Positions 10,896-23,225 of a stretch of DNA of 64,000 bases are shown here, piece after piece. Location: NCBI RefSeq assembly GCF_963921235.1, contig NC_086109.1, forward strand, positions 31,560,001 to 31,624,000, in the 5' to 3' direction. The stretch is from Mobula hypostoma. Its lineage: Eukaryota. Both the position numbers and the translations under genes were made by a program. The notes under the pieces were generated by a model that had not been told where the DNA came from, searched no databases, and saw nothing but the letters and a program-made list of their open reading frames with translations. The stretch's first letter is position 1, and each line of letters opens with the position of its first letter.

Positions 10896-13800
10896 TCTTT
10901 TTTTTACACAGAGATTGGTGGGTGCCTGGAATACACTGCCTGAGGTAGTGGAAGAGGCAGATATATTTGGGCTTTAAAGAGGTGTTTAGAGAGGCACATG
11001 AATCTAAGGAAAATGGAAGGGTATAGACATCGTGTAGGCAGAGGGGATTAGTTAGGTTGCCCACTTGACTACTAATTTAATTAGTCTGGCACATCATTGT
11101 TGTCCAAAGGGCCCGTTCCTGTGCTGTACTGTTCTATGTTTTACCTCAAATCAACCCAGATGCCTATTCAGGCTTCTCTAGAATTTCAAGTTATTGTGCT
11201 GCAGACACATGACTTCACATTTTGAGCTTGTAAGAGTTATGACTAATGCTGTCTTGCTCCCGGTCATCTAGTAGAATGCTCAGTGACATCAATAGAGTAA
11301 CTTTGTTATGTCGACATTGATGTATGTAGTCAGCGTGCTATTCTCTGTCTTTCCTTTTCCTCAGAACAATCATGAATGCTGAAACTACAAATTTTCTTCT
11401 CAAATATGTTCCTTACTGCTCTGTATCAAAATAAACAGTTTTCTCCTGAAAACAATTATTCCAAAAATAGAGCCGTAGAATCTGTTAGTCGAAAGAACTG
11501 AAGGAACACTGTGGGAGTTAGCCTTTACAGCCTGAAGGAATGAAAATGAAAAAGTAACATTCTTGCTTAAAGTCTTCTTGTATCTGAGCTCAATAAAAGA
11601 TGTGTAAAAATTAAATTATTAATTGATGTTCATTTAAGATATTTAATATATGCACAGAAAACAGGTTGAATAATTTTCTTGCAGAGACAGGAAATTTAGT
11701 CTAACATGTAATTTGTTTCTCAATTAACACTGGTTTCTGGCAAGTTTTTAGAACTGAGAATGAACACACTGTGCCATATTCTTAAAAACAGGAGGATGTG
11801 GAATTTTAAAACAATTCTGAGAGATTATCATAATAAGGAATAAACATTACGCTATTTCAGGGCATGTCTCAAATGTTAAATGTTTGGTACGATAACTAAG
11901 ACTCCAATAGCAGTGCACATATTGAGCGATATTCTTCATTTGTAGTCTATCAAGGGGCCCTGTAGTTCAAACCAATGTTTAACACTACAATGATAAATGG
12001 ATCCAATTAGAATTACACAGCTATGAACTACAGGAGCATTATATGGTTCCATTAAGATATTATTTTGAGCACATATACCTAGTCCCTTAATTGTCATAAT
12101 GACCTCTAAATCCCCATAACCTCTACTTTGCAAGGTTCCTCACACTAAACGAGAATTGGGGACCTTCATTAATTTTCCATGTTGGGATTCAGTTTTCAAT
12201 CACGGTTGATTTATTGACGGAAATTGTTTCAGTTCATTCATGTATGATACTTTTGGAATTTGTTTAGTAAAAAGGCACAAAGGCTTTTGAATATGCAAGT
12301 AATTTATATTACAGTCCTATTAACCCCAATTTGTTTTCCGGCAAGTAGCAGAGTGGGATTTACCTCAACAAACAAAATAATTATTTCCAAGCCATAAATA
12401 ATGGAAATGTATTTAACCATATTGTTTAATAGTCATAAAAATAAGCAAAAATTTTGAGATGCAGGAAAACAGGCCATCAGGAATAATATCGATTTTCCTA
12501 TATTTTTAATTTTAAATTGATGCTTCTTTACTAATTTTAGTTTAGGCACTGACATATATTTGTGACAAAATTGCAAGCATTAACAAACAACTATTGTTTT
12601 GCTATAAAATGGCTTTCTTAATTGTGTGCAAAGATGCAATATATGAACAATACCTGACAACATGTTTCTCAAGAGAAGATCAAAATAGACCCAAACATGA
12701 AATGACATGAACAATAAAATAATGTAAGTTCCTCTTGTTTCAGTGAAATGTGTTTTATTTAACTTTGCTCCATTAAAAATTGGTGATACAACAGGTAAAC
12801 GTATGCCTAAGCCGAGTAATGTTAAGGTGCAGCCTATATGTTCAATACAACTGTGAATTCTTGGATTTGTTACTTATTGGAAGTGCAAGATAATCTGAGC
12901 AATATACAGCTTCTTATAAAATAACTAATAAGCTGTTTTATAACAAATACAATAACTTAGTTTCATTTCATGCAAGCTTAAATCCAAATGAGCTCAATGG
13001 AATAGCTCAAATGTCAGACATTTGCTTGGAAATTGGAGTTCATCCTGTTTTGTGTATAACACAAGCTTCCATTTGGTTTCTCCTACAAAAAAATGTAAAA
13101 TTGAACAAAATTCCACTAAATAAAGTGTATTTAGAATCATTCACAAAAACTGGACCTGTGCATATCGTATGGAAGCTGTATGTCAGGTCCATAGCCGCTG
13201 TGTCATTATCACACTGACTATTAGAAAGAGATTAAAGCTGCAGAAAAGCTGAGCAAAAAGATGCCACACAGATCAGGACATGATTTAGTGAAAATCCAAT
13301 GTGACTGTGACCATGTTAGGAGCAAGGTCTGATCTATACTGATCCAATCCTATGCTGTATGTGGACCGTCACTACTGTGAGGTATAGGGTGATCAATGGG
13401 CCAGAGACCCCAGCATGGACCTCTGGTGACTGAACAGTGAAGAACCACTTCCTAATCAATTTCCATTATCATGAACATGTGAACATTCAGTGAAGGTGTA
13501 GTTTGCCCTTAAAGTCAGTAACGGAGAGTGTTCAACTTGTAACAGTGTTAACTACGCAACTGTGCACGATGAGAGTACTTGCTGCACTAAAGTGAATCAA
13601 ACTTGGATGTGCCCAAGTAAATCTCCTTCTCTGACGCATCTTCACCCAGAAATGATCACTGTTATGCATGTTTTGCACAGGAAGTACATGCACAAACGAA
13701 TCGAAGTCCTAAGATAGATCGTTTAATTGATAAATGGAGCAGGACAAAATCCCAGCTGTCACTTTCCCATTTATTGTCTTTAGAAATAATGTAGCAAATG

Positions 13801-15188
13801 AGATGTTGGAGAATAATTAAGCTGTAATTATACAGTGATATGGGTAATTTCACTGAGTGCAAGCAGCTGAAACTGCATTTGCAGATAAAACAAACTGCTT
13901 TGAGTAATAACTTGTGTGAAATGCAGGATCTTCAAACTGAGAGGAGGAAGAAAACAAGCAAGGAAAAATCCAAAGAGCAGAGTTTAAATACTGATTAGAT
14001 TTCATTGAAAAGTGCCTGTTACCGTTACAGCAAGGATGAATGACAGTTTTAAAAAAACTCTGAAAATCAAGGGTTGATTCATTCCTGCCACCCCCGATGA
14101 TGACAGTAGTAAAGATCTATCAGCTCATTTTTTTTTCCATTAGAATTACTTCATATCTTTTGATCACATTCAGAGCAACATCTAATTATGTTTTTAGTAA
14201 AAAAAAATGAATTTTTTATAGAAATTGATTTTACATTTATTTTAACTGGCAGTTATAGAAATTTCACTCTTGATCTATTTACTTAAGCTTGTTTTCAGTT
14301 AACTACCTATCATTTTAACTCCTTAAATAAAGATAAAGCTGCAGTATCTATGAAACTACAGGAATTTCCCATGAACTTCTATAGTGTGTTGAGAACTTTG
14401 CTGGGTAAAGTAGGTTGGAGTAGACATATCCACTGACCAATTTAAAAGATCAGAAAGATCTTTGAGCAAGCATTTAACTTGCCATCTAGATGACAAGCTA
14501 TGGCTTGGGGGGGAGAGGAGTGTTTTGTGGATTTGAATAAAGACATGTTCATAGAAATATTTAGTAAGATCTTACTCTGCTGCAAATTTTCCATCAACTG
14601 CCTCATTCTTCAGATATACAGATATGGATTACAGATTAATATTAACATTGCATTTTAGTCTGAAGAACAATTTACTAATCAAAAGTTTAGAGATGTCTCC
14701 CCTTGATGTGAGAAAAGTTTCCTAGAAATTCATCACCGGTTGGTGGTACAGTACTGTTGGAGTAAGAACATAACACTGATGCAATTGTGAAGGGTTTAGA
14801 CAATGCTGACTGGTATGAATTTCTTGGAATGGGCTTCCACAAATCACTGTGTGGAAATCATTCTAATGATCTTAGGAAACCAGCATTGTATCAGGAATAG
14901 AAAGCCTGTAAAATTAACATGGACAAAATGAAAGCTAAGAAAATGATAAGGCATATCAATTTCATGGAACCAGATGATCCCCCATTCCAGTATTTTCAGG
15001 AAAATAGTTGTAAACCTTGCAAATGCCCTAATTATAACCCCTCGGATATATTTTGATTAGGAAACTATTCCTTTGCATTCAAAATAGTGCTAATGGAAGT
15101 AAGAAGGAAAACCAAGGAATTACATACCAGTTGGCTTTAAATCTTTTATTTAAAACACATAATAATAAAGTGATTAAATTAATAAGGT

Positions 15189-15571
15189 CAAGATGATGCC
15201 TGTGTACAACGTGGTGAACCTTTTGGCAAGAGGGCTGCTGGATGGAGCGCGAGTCGATGTTCGACTCCATTTCGCTGATTAAAGTGATGAAGGAGATTGA
15301 AACATCGAGGCAAATGCAGAAGGTGAGTGTAGACTGGTGGGATCTCTCCGCTGTCAGAGAGGGGAGACTGTCTTTTGATTGCTGGTGGGATCGTCCTGCT
15401 AGTGGTGAAGGGAGACTGCCTTTTGATCACTCTGCTGCTAGAGAGGAGACGGCCTGCTGCTATCCAGGGGTTGATGATTGCGTTGTCCAACTTTTCTTTC
15501 CTGGTTTTGTGGCTATCTGGAGAAGAATTATTTCAGATTTGTATACTTTGATAATGAATTAAACTTTTGAA
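15189..15571 (+). mobile_element. SINE-like element with a Rex1-type 3' tail
   Basis: Starts CAAGATGATGCC; internal GGGAGACTG(T/C)CTTTTGAT duplication; tail TCAGATTTGTATACTTTGATAATGAATTAAACTTTTGA resembles Rex1 ends. Confidence 0.5.
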
Positions 15572-15574
15572 ATT

Positions 15575-16790
15575 CCTAAACAAATTATAGGTGATCTGAA
15601 GAAGCCAATAAGGGTCTACTATAAACCAGCAAATCTGAATTGATTCTTTGAAGATGTGACCAAAGCAATGTATATAGCACTATTTAAGGATGTAGTTAAT
15701 CTGAATGCAAGAAGGCATTTAATAAACCTTAATGTAAGTTCAAATCGGAACTTGTGGAAGCAAAGATAAATTACTAGATTGGGAAATATGATAAGAAGGA
15801 GGGAACAGAGATTAGAGTTAATGCTACATAATTGGAAATGGAAGCTTGCAACTCAGGATGCTGTATACCAAAGTAGTTTGGGGCCACTAATGTAACATAT
15901 TAATAAATGTCAAGTAACGTTTAATAAATTCAGAAGAATCAAGATTTCCATATCATAAATAAAAATCTATATCCTTGCTAGCCTTCGCAATACTTTTAAA
16001 GAGAGAATTCCAGAGATTTACTACATTCTGCCAGAAGAAATATCCACATAACTTATTTTAAAATGTCCAGCTCCTTATCTTGAAACCAGGTCCTCTCATT
16101 CAAGACCTTGTGACTAGTGAAAACATCTCATCCAATCATCTTCCTTAGGGTCATATGTGCTTCAATAAGATCACCACTTGTTCTTCTAAACTCCAGCGAA
16201 TACAGATCTAACTTGTTCAGATTCTGTTAATACAGCAATCCTCTCATCCCAAGCTGAGAACGCAACAACTCTAATGTACAATTGCGACAAAACTTCTCTA
16301 ACTCTAAGTGCTAGTGACTTTTCAATAAACATCAAAATGGTGTTTTCCCTCTTAAGTAGTTGATGGGCCTGCCTGCTAACTTATGGTGAATACCTTTATC
16401 AATCTGTACTTCACTCATTTGCATTTTCACAATCCCCCCCCCCCACACCCATGGATAATAATAGGCCTTTTGTTGTTTATTACCCCACACTTTCTCCATT
16501 TCCCCAGTTGGTTCACACTGGTCAATCTATTGTACAAAGTACAAAGTAAATTATTCTCAAAGTAAAAATGACACCTTATACAATGGTAAGATTCATTTTC
16601 TTGTAGACATTCACAATAGTTTCAAAGAAACACCATAGAATCAATGAAAAACTGCACACAACATCCTGCTTCATAGACAAAACCTCTTCATTACAACGTA
16701 CCATTCCATCTATTTTCATGTCATTGGCAAACTTCAGCGACTTACACATCTTGCTCTCTTCTCCAAGTCATTAATGTAAATAAACTTACT
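15575..16790. mobile_element. Cluster of old CR1 fragments (+ then -) and a Rex1-type 3' tail (-, about 16535-16665)
   Basis: Degenerate similarity to the CR1 at 20962-22114 and to Rex1 tails in this window. Confidence 0.5.
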
Positions 16791-17653
16791 GTTTAAGGTG
16801 AGTTGAAGATGAGTGACAACTTACTGGTGGTTTCCAAAGCAAGAAATACAACTAAATCCTTTATTAATAACACTTTCTGTGTTTGATGTACAGTAAGCGA
16901 CCACTGCAAACAGTGAAGAGGCGAGCAAAGATGAGGCTGACTCGAGAGTGCGATGCAAAGTTGGATTGAGGTCGAGGCAAGCTCGAGTAGAAGTGGTTGG
17001 GTAAGAAGTGGAGAAAAGTCTGAGTGGAGAAGTTTCAGAGTTGTCCATCTAAACTGAGAGTGTGGTCTGATCAATCTAAGTGCTGGGCTGATTTGGAAAG
17101 GTCAGGTACAGGCCAGACTGTGGCAGTGAGGTCCAGGCCCAGAGCATGTCGATGCAGCAGGTTCCAGGTCCTAGAGCAAGGCACGACCAATGTTTGGATG
17201 ATTTAAATGTTGGGCCAGATGGATTGAAAAGGCAGGGTGTTGGGACCAAAGGTGAGGGTTAGGTCTGTTCTGCTTGCTGCTCTCCAATGTTTGCTCTGCT
17301 CTTCACTGCACTATGTCTGAGGCTGACATGCTTCTATTAGGACCCTCAGTCTATTACAAATAATGCTGTCAATTAGGATTACAATCAGAAGTTTCATTTT
17401 GATTGCCTTATGTATATGATTAGCATCATAATTGATCACTGGTTAGACACCTCACAATGCAAATCATAAGATTTTTTCACAAAGAGAGACAACAAACAGG
17501 AAAAATGTAGTCTGTTTTAGAATAATTATTATCACTCTATCAAATGTATTTAGCAAAACAACTGCAAAATGCTTAAGTATTTTGATTTTGGGACATGAAT
17601 GCTTTTACACAATAGGTAATAGAAATATTTGAATCCAAGAATGATCTGTATGA

Positions 17654-18029
17654 CACATAAAAGTTGCTGGTGAACGCAGCAGGCCAGGCAGCATCTCTAG
17701 GAAGAGGTACAGTCGACGTTTTGGGCTGAGACCCTTCGTCAGGACTAACTGAAAGATGAGCTAGTAAGAGGTTTGAAAGTGGGAGGGGGAGGGGGATATC
17801 TGAAATGGTAGGAGAAGACAGGAGGGGGAGGGATGGAGCCAAGAGCTGGACAGTTGATTGGCAAAAGGGATATGAGAGGATCATGGGACAGGAGGCCTAG
17901 GGAGAAAGAAAAGGGGGAGTGGGGGGAAAACCCAGAGGATGGGCAAGGGGTATAGTGAGAGGGACAGAGGGAGAAAAAGGAGAGAGAGAAAAAGAATGTG
18001 TGTATAAAAATAAATAACGGATGGGGTAC
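17654..18029 (-). mobile_element. PLE 3' tail (pLTR-like), hammerhead GAAA mutated to AAAA
   Basis: Near-identical to 19715-20090; flanks CTGTATGA (17646-17653) and CTGTCTGA (18030-18037). Confidence 0.85.
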
Positions 18030-18236
18030 CTGTCTGAATTGGAAGGGATGGAAGATCACAGGAATATTACAATCACTAGGGCTGTGTTATGGAACAGATT
18101 GTTGGAGATGACCACTAACAAGTCTTCAGGTTCTGATGAACTTCATTCAAGGGTCCTAAAAGAAAGTGCTGGTAAGATAGTTGATACCTTAGTTTTATTG
18201 TAAAAAAATTCAAACGACGGGAGAAGTTCCAATCAC

Positions 18237-18335
18237 AATCAAGAGAAAATCTGCAGATGATGGAAATCCAAGCAACACACTCAAAATGCTAGAGAAACTC
18301 AGCAGGCCAAGCAACATCAATGGAAAAAACTAGTT
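18237..18335 (-). mobile_element. Short PLE-tail element (segment downstream of the hammerhead only)
   Basis: AAGAGAAAATCTGCAGATG..CAAAATGCT..CAGCAGGCC..GCAACATC matches the other tails; homology stops near the cleavage-site position. Confidence 0.7.
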
Positions 18336-19773
18336 CCTGGTGACCCTGTAAAACATCTTGGGCTAGAAGGGCTGTACTCTGCTGTAATGTTCTATGTTAA
18401 ATGATAAATGTGAAGAAGATATCTACCCCATGTTTTCAAAAAAATCAATCTGGACTAGTGGCCACTATTTGGGGATTATCCATTTAAGACAAGAGGTGAA
18501 GTGAATTTCTTTTTTTTTTACTTTCAGAGAATTGTGAGTCCTTGGAAGCTTCTTCATCGAAAGTGGTGGAAGGAGAATTTGAATAATTTTAAAACAGAGC
18601 TGGATAGGCACTCAATGTTTAATGGCCTGAAGACTTAGCAAAAATGTGGAGTTCACATTACAACTAGATCAATCAGTATTTCATTGAATGATAGAGGAAT
18701 TTGAGGTGTTCATTAGCCTACACCTACTCCTGATTAATATATTTGTAAATCATTAAATAATCAATTAAAAATGCAGGCAAAAAGTTGGGTTCTATTGATT
18801 TAAACTATTCATATGAATTAAACTATTCGTGTGGGGTAATATTTGTGTGAACAATCACCACATGCAGATCTAGAAGCAGAAAATGCTCGAAATTCTCAAC
18901 AAGCTATTGAGCGTGTGTGATGACAGAAACAGACTGTTGATTTCTCATCAGAATTCTTTCCTTCAGGTTCCCTCTGAATGCCAATGACTGTTCTTCATTT
19001 TCAATTTAAACCCATATTTGAATCATTTCATCAAGCTGTCATACCTGGTCTAGTTCAGATGAGCTCGATGCTTTCTAAGCTCACTTCAACCTGCAAAACA
19101 TGGAGGAAACATCATAACCTCTCCCCGCTACTGACGACACTGTGATTTCAGACTCTGGGCTGACATGATAGGCAGAGACTGAAAAATGCAGCACCAACAG
19201 TGAGGACCAAGAAGGTATGGACAAGGGAGGCGCAGGAGAGCATACTGGACTGCTTTGAATCGGTGGACTGGACTGTATTCAAGCATTCATCTTCAGGTCT
19301 GAATGTCACCGCCTTCATTAAAACCTGTGTGGATGAATGTGTGCCTGTGATATGTACTGTACATACCCAAATCAAAAGCCATGGATGAACCAGGAGTTTT
19401 GTAGTCTGCTGTGGGCTAGATCTGTGGCAGTCAAGTCGGACGATCCAGGTCTGTCAAAGAAAACCAGGTACAACATGTGGAGGGCAGCTCAAGAGTAAAG
19501 ATACAATTCCAAATGAGGTTGGAGGTGGAATCGGATGCACGTCAACTCTGATAGGGTATGCAGGCCATTACTTTCTACAAAACGAAACCTAACATCATGG
19601 ATGGCTATGGTGCTTCACTCCCAGATGAGCTCAATGCCTTTTATGCTTGCTTTGAAAGCGAGAGTATAACTACAGCTGACAACAGGAATTCTGCAGATGC
19701 TGGAAATTCAAGCAACACACATCAAAGTTGCTGGTGAACGCAGCAGGCCAGGCAGCATCTCTAGGAAGAGGTG

Positions 19774-19811
19774 CAGTCGACGTTTCAGGCCGAGACCCTT
19801 CGTCAGGACTA
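19774..19811 (-). ncRNA. Minimal type I hammerhead ribozyme (best-preserved copy)
   Basis: Minus strand UAGUC-CUGACGA-A-GGGU(CUCG)GCCU-GAAACGUC-GACUG: stem I UAGUC/GACUG, intact core, ACGU palindrome in place of stem III, GUC cleavage triplet. Confidence 0.8.
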
Positions 19812-20103
19812 ACTGAAGGAAGAGTGAGTAAGGGATTTGAAAGTGGGAGGGGAAGGGGAGATCCAAAATGATAGGAGAAGACAGGAGGGGGAGGGATGGA
19901 GCCAAGAGCTGGACAGGTGATTGGCAAAAGGGGATACGAGAGGATCATGGGACAGGAGGTCCGGGAAGAAAGACGGGGTGGGGGGGAGCCAGAGGATGGG
20001 CGAGAGGTATATTCAGAAGGACAGAGGGAGAAAAAGGAGAGTGAGAGAAAGAATGTGTGCATAAAAATAAGTTACAGATGGGGTACAAGGGGGAGGTGGG
20101 GCC

Positions 20104-20887
20104 TTAGCAGAAGTTAGAGAAGTCGATGTTCATGCCATCAGGTTGGAGGCTACCCAGACGGAATATAAGGTGTTGTTCCTCCAACCTGAGTGTGGCTTCA
20201 TCTTTACAGTAGAGGAGGCCGTGGATAGACATGTCAGAATGGGAATGGGATGTGGAATTAAAATGTGTGGCCACTGGGAGATCCTGCTTTCTCTGGCGGA
20301 CAGAACGTAGATGTTCAGCAAAGCGGTCTCCCAGTCTGCGTCGGGTCTCGCCAATATATAAAAGGCCACATCGCGAGCACCGGACGCAGTATATCACCCC
20401 AGTCGACTCACAGGTGAAGTGTTGCCTCACCTGGAAGGACTGTTTGGGGCCCTGAATGGTGGTAAGGGAGGAAATGTAAGGGCATGTGTAGCACTTGTTC
20501 TGCTTACACAGATAAGTGCCAGGAGGGAGATCAGTGGGGAGGGATGGGGGGGACGAATGGACAAGGGAGTTGCGTAGGGAGCGATCCCTGCGGAATGCAG
20601 AGAGAGGGGGGAGGGAAAGATGTGCTTAGTGGTGGGATCCCGTTGGAGGTGGCGGAAGTTACGGAGAATAATATGTTGGACGCGGAGGCTGGTGGGGTGG
20701 TAGGTGAGGACCAGGGGAATCCTATTCCTAGTGGGGTGGCGGGAGGATGGAGTGAGAGCAGATGTACGTGAAATGGGGGAGATGCGTTTAAGAGCAGAGT
20801 TGGAGTTGGAGTTGATAGTGGAGGAAGGGAAGCCCCTTTCTTTATAAAAGGAAGACATCTCCCTCGTCCTAGAATGAAAAGCCTCAT
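20104..20887 (-). pseudogene. PLE ORF C-terminus with GIY-YIG endonuclease (left arm, frameshifted)
   Basis: FTCESTGVIYCVRCSRCGLLYIGETRRRLGDRFAEH..LQPDGMN. Confidence 0.9.
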
Positions 20888-20961
20888 CCTTTTTTAAAGA
20901 AAGGGGCTTCCCTTCCTCCACTATCACTCAGGATGAGGCTTTTCATTCTAGGACGAGGGAG

Positions 20962-22114
20962 ATAGAAACATAGAAATTAGGTGCAGGAGTAGGCCATTCG
21001 GCCCTTCGAGCCTGCACCACCATTTATTATGATCATGGCTGATCATCCAACTCAGAACCCCGCCCCAGCCTTCCCTCCATACCCCCTGACCCCCGTAGCA
21101 ACAAGGGCCATATCTAACTCCCTCTTAAATATAGCCAATGAACTGGCCTCAACTGTTTCCTGTGGCAGAGAATTCCACAGATTCACCACTCTCTGTGTGA
21201 AGAAGTTTTTCCTCATCTCAGTCCTAAAAGGCTTCCCCTCTATCCTCAAACTGTGGCCCCTCGTTTTGGACTTCCCCAACATCGGGAACAATCTTCCTGC
21301 ATCTAGCCTGTCCAATCCCTTTATGATCTTATACGTTTCAATCAGATCCCCCCTCAATCTTCTAAATTCCAAAGAGTACAAGCCCAGTTCATCCAGTCTT
21401 TCTTCATATGAAAGTCCTGCCATCCCAGGAATCAATCTGGTGAACCTTCTTTGTACTCCCTCTATGGCAAGGATGTCTTTCCTCAGATTAGGGGACCAAA
21501 ACTGCACACAATACTCCAGGTGTGGTCTCACCAAGGCCTTGTACAACTGCAGTAGTACCTCCCTGCTCCTGTACTCGAATCCTCTCGCTATAAATGCCAG
21601 CATACCATTCGTCTTTTTCACCGCCTGCTGTACCTGCGTGCCCACTTTCAATGACTGGTGTATAATGACACCCTGGTCTCGTTGCACCTCCCCTTTTTCT
21701 AATCGGCCATCATTCAGATAATAATCTGTTTTCCTATTTTTGCCACCAAAGTGGATAACTTCACATTTATCCACATTAAATTGCATCTGCCATGAATTTG
21801 CCCACTCATCCAACCTATCCAAGTCACCCTGCATCCTCTTAGCATCCTCCTCACTGCTAACACTGCCACCCAGCTTCGTGTCATCTGCAAACTTGGAGAT
21901 GCTGCATTTAATTCCCTTATCCAAGTCATTAATATATATTGTAAACAACTGGGGTCCCAGCACTGAGCCTTGCGGTACCCCACTAGTCACCGCCTGCCAT
22001 TCTGAAAAGGTCCCGTTTATTCCCACTCTTTGCTTCCTGTCTGCTAACCAATTCTCCACCCACACCAATACCTTACCCCCAACACCGTGTGCTTTAAGTT
22101 TGCACACTAATCTG
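20962..22114 (-). mobile_element. Young 5'-truncated CR1 LINE
   Basis: About 350 aa of uninterrupted RT C-terminus (GVPQGSVLGPQLFTIYIND, KFADDTKL, LVRPHLEYCVQFWSP); 3' tail reads ATAGAAACATAGAAA on the + strand. Confidence 0.95.
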
Positions 22115-22158
22115 TTCCCTTCCTCCACTATCCTCAGGATGAGGCTTTTCATTCTAGG

Positions 22159-22893
22159 ATGAGGGAGATGTCTTCCTTTTTTAAAGAAAGGGGCTTCCCT
22201 TCCTCCACTATCAACTCTGCTCTTAAACGCATCTCCCCCATTTCACATACATCTGCTCTCACTCCATCCTCCCGCCACCCCACTAGGAATAGGATTCCCC
22301 TGGTCCTCACCTACCACCCCACCAGCCTCCGGGTCCAACATATTATTCTCCGTAACTTCCTCCACCTCCAACGGGATCCCACCACTAAGCACATCTTTCC
22401 CTCCCCGCCTCTCTCTGCATTCCGCAGGGATTGCTCCCTATGCAAATCCCTTGTCCATTCGTCCCCCCCATCCCTCCCCACTTATCCGTGGAAGCGGAAC
22501 AAGTGCTACACATGCCCTTACACTTCCTCCCTTACCACCATTCAGGGCCCCAAACAGTCCTTCCCGGTGAGGCAACACTTCACCTGTGAGTCGACTGGGG
22601 TGATATACTGCGTCCGGTGCTCCCGATGTGGCCTTCTATATATTGGCGAGACCCGATGCAGACCGGGAGACCGCTTTGCTGAACATCTACGCTCTGTCTG
22701 CCAGAGAAAGCAGGATCTCCCAGTGGCCACACATTTTAATTCCACATCCCATTCCCATTCTGACATATCTATCCACGGCCTCCTCTACTGTAAAGATGAA
22801 GCCACACTCAGGTTGGAGGAACAACACCTTATATTCCGTCTGGGTAGCCTCCAACCTGATGGCATGAACATCGACTTCTCTAACTTCCGCTAA
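22159..22893 (+). pseudogene. PLE ORF C-terminus with GIY-YIG endonuclease (right arm)
   Basis: ERGFP, PLVLTYHP, CYTCPY, VIYCVRCSRCGLLYIGET, RFAEH, LQPDGMN. Confidence 0.9.
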
Positions 22894-23187
22894 GGCCCCA
22901 CCTCCCCCTCGTACCCCATCTGTAACTTATTTTTATGCACACATTCTTTCTCTCACTCTCCTTTTTCTCCCTCTGTCCCTCTGAATATACCTCTTGCCCA
23001 TCCCCTGGCTCCCCCCGCCCCTTGTCTTTCTTCCCGGACCTCCTGTCCCATGATCCTCTCGTATCCCCTTTTGCCTATCACCTGTCCAGCTCTCGGCTCT
23101 ATCCCTCCCCCTCCTGTCTTCTCCTATCATTTTGGATCTCCCCCTCCCCCTCCAACTTTCAAATCCCTTACTCACTCTTCCTTTAGT

Positions 23188-23225
23188 TAATCCTGACGAA
23201 GGGTCTCGGCCTGAAACGTCGACTG
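23188..23225 (+). ncRNA. Minimal hammerhead ribozyme (one stem I mismatch)
   Basis: TAATC-CTGACGA-A-GGGTCTCGGCCT-GAAACGTC-GACTG. Confidence 0.72.

Larger units (their letters stand above)
8930..11141 (+). mobile_element. Decayed CR1 LINE (RT region to 3' end) with two nested inserts
   Basis: GRSCLTSLVEF, VDVVYVDFSKAFDKI, WQMEFNPAKYEV; 3' end AAGGGCCCGTTCCTGTGCTGTACTGTTCTATGTT. Confidence 0.88.

Noticed and set aside
11150..15180. Short ORFs of 60-70 aa in the AT-rich unique block
   Set aside because: Lengths are expected by chance, with no motifs or convincing splice structure.
21029..21721. 230-aa + strand ORF
   Set aside because: Antisense shadow of the CR1 RT frame.
21052..22152. 366-aa ORF as a complete RT gene
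   Set aside because: Its ATG and first dozen or so codons come from antisense PLE sequence in the duplication; the CR1 is 5'-truncated.
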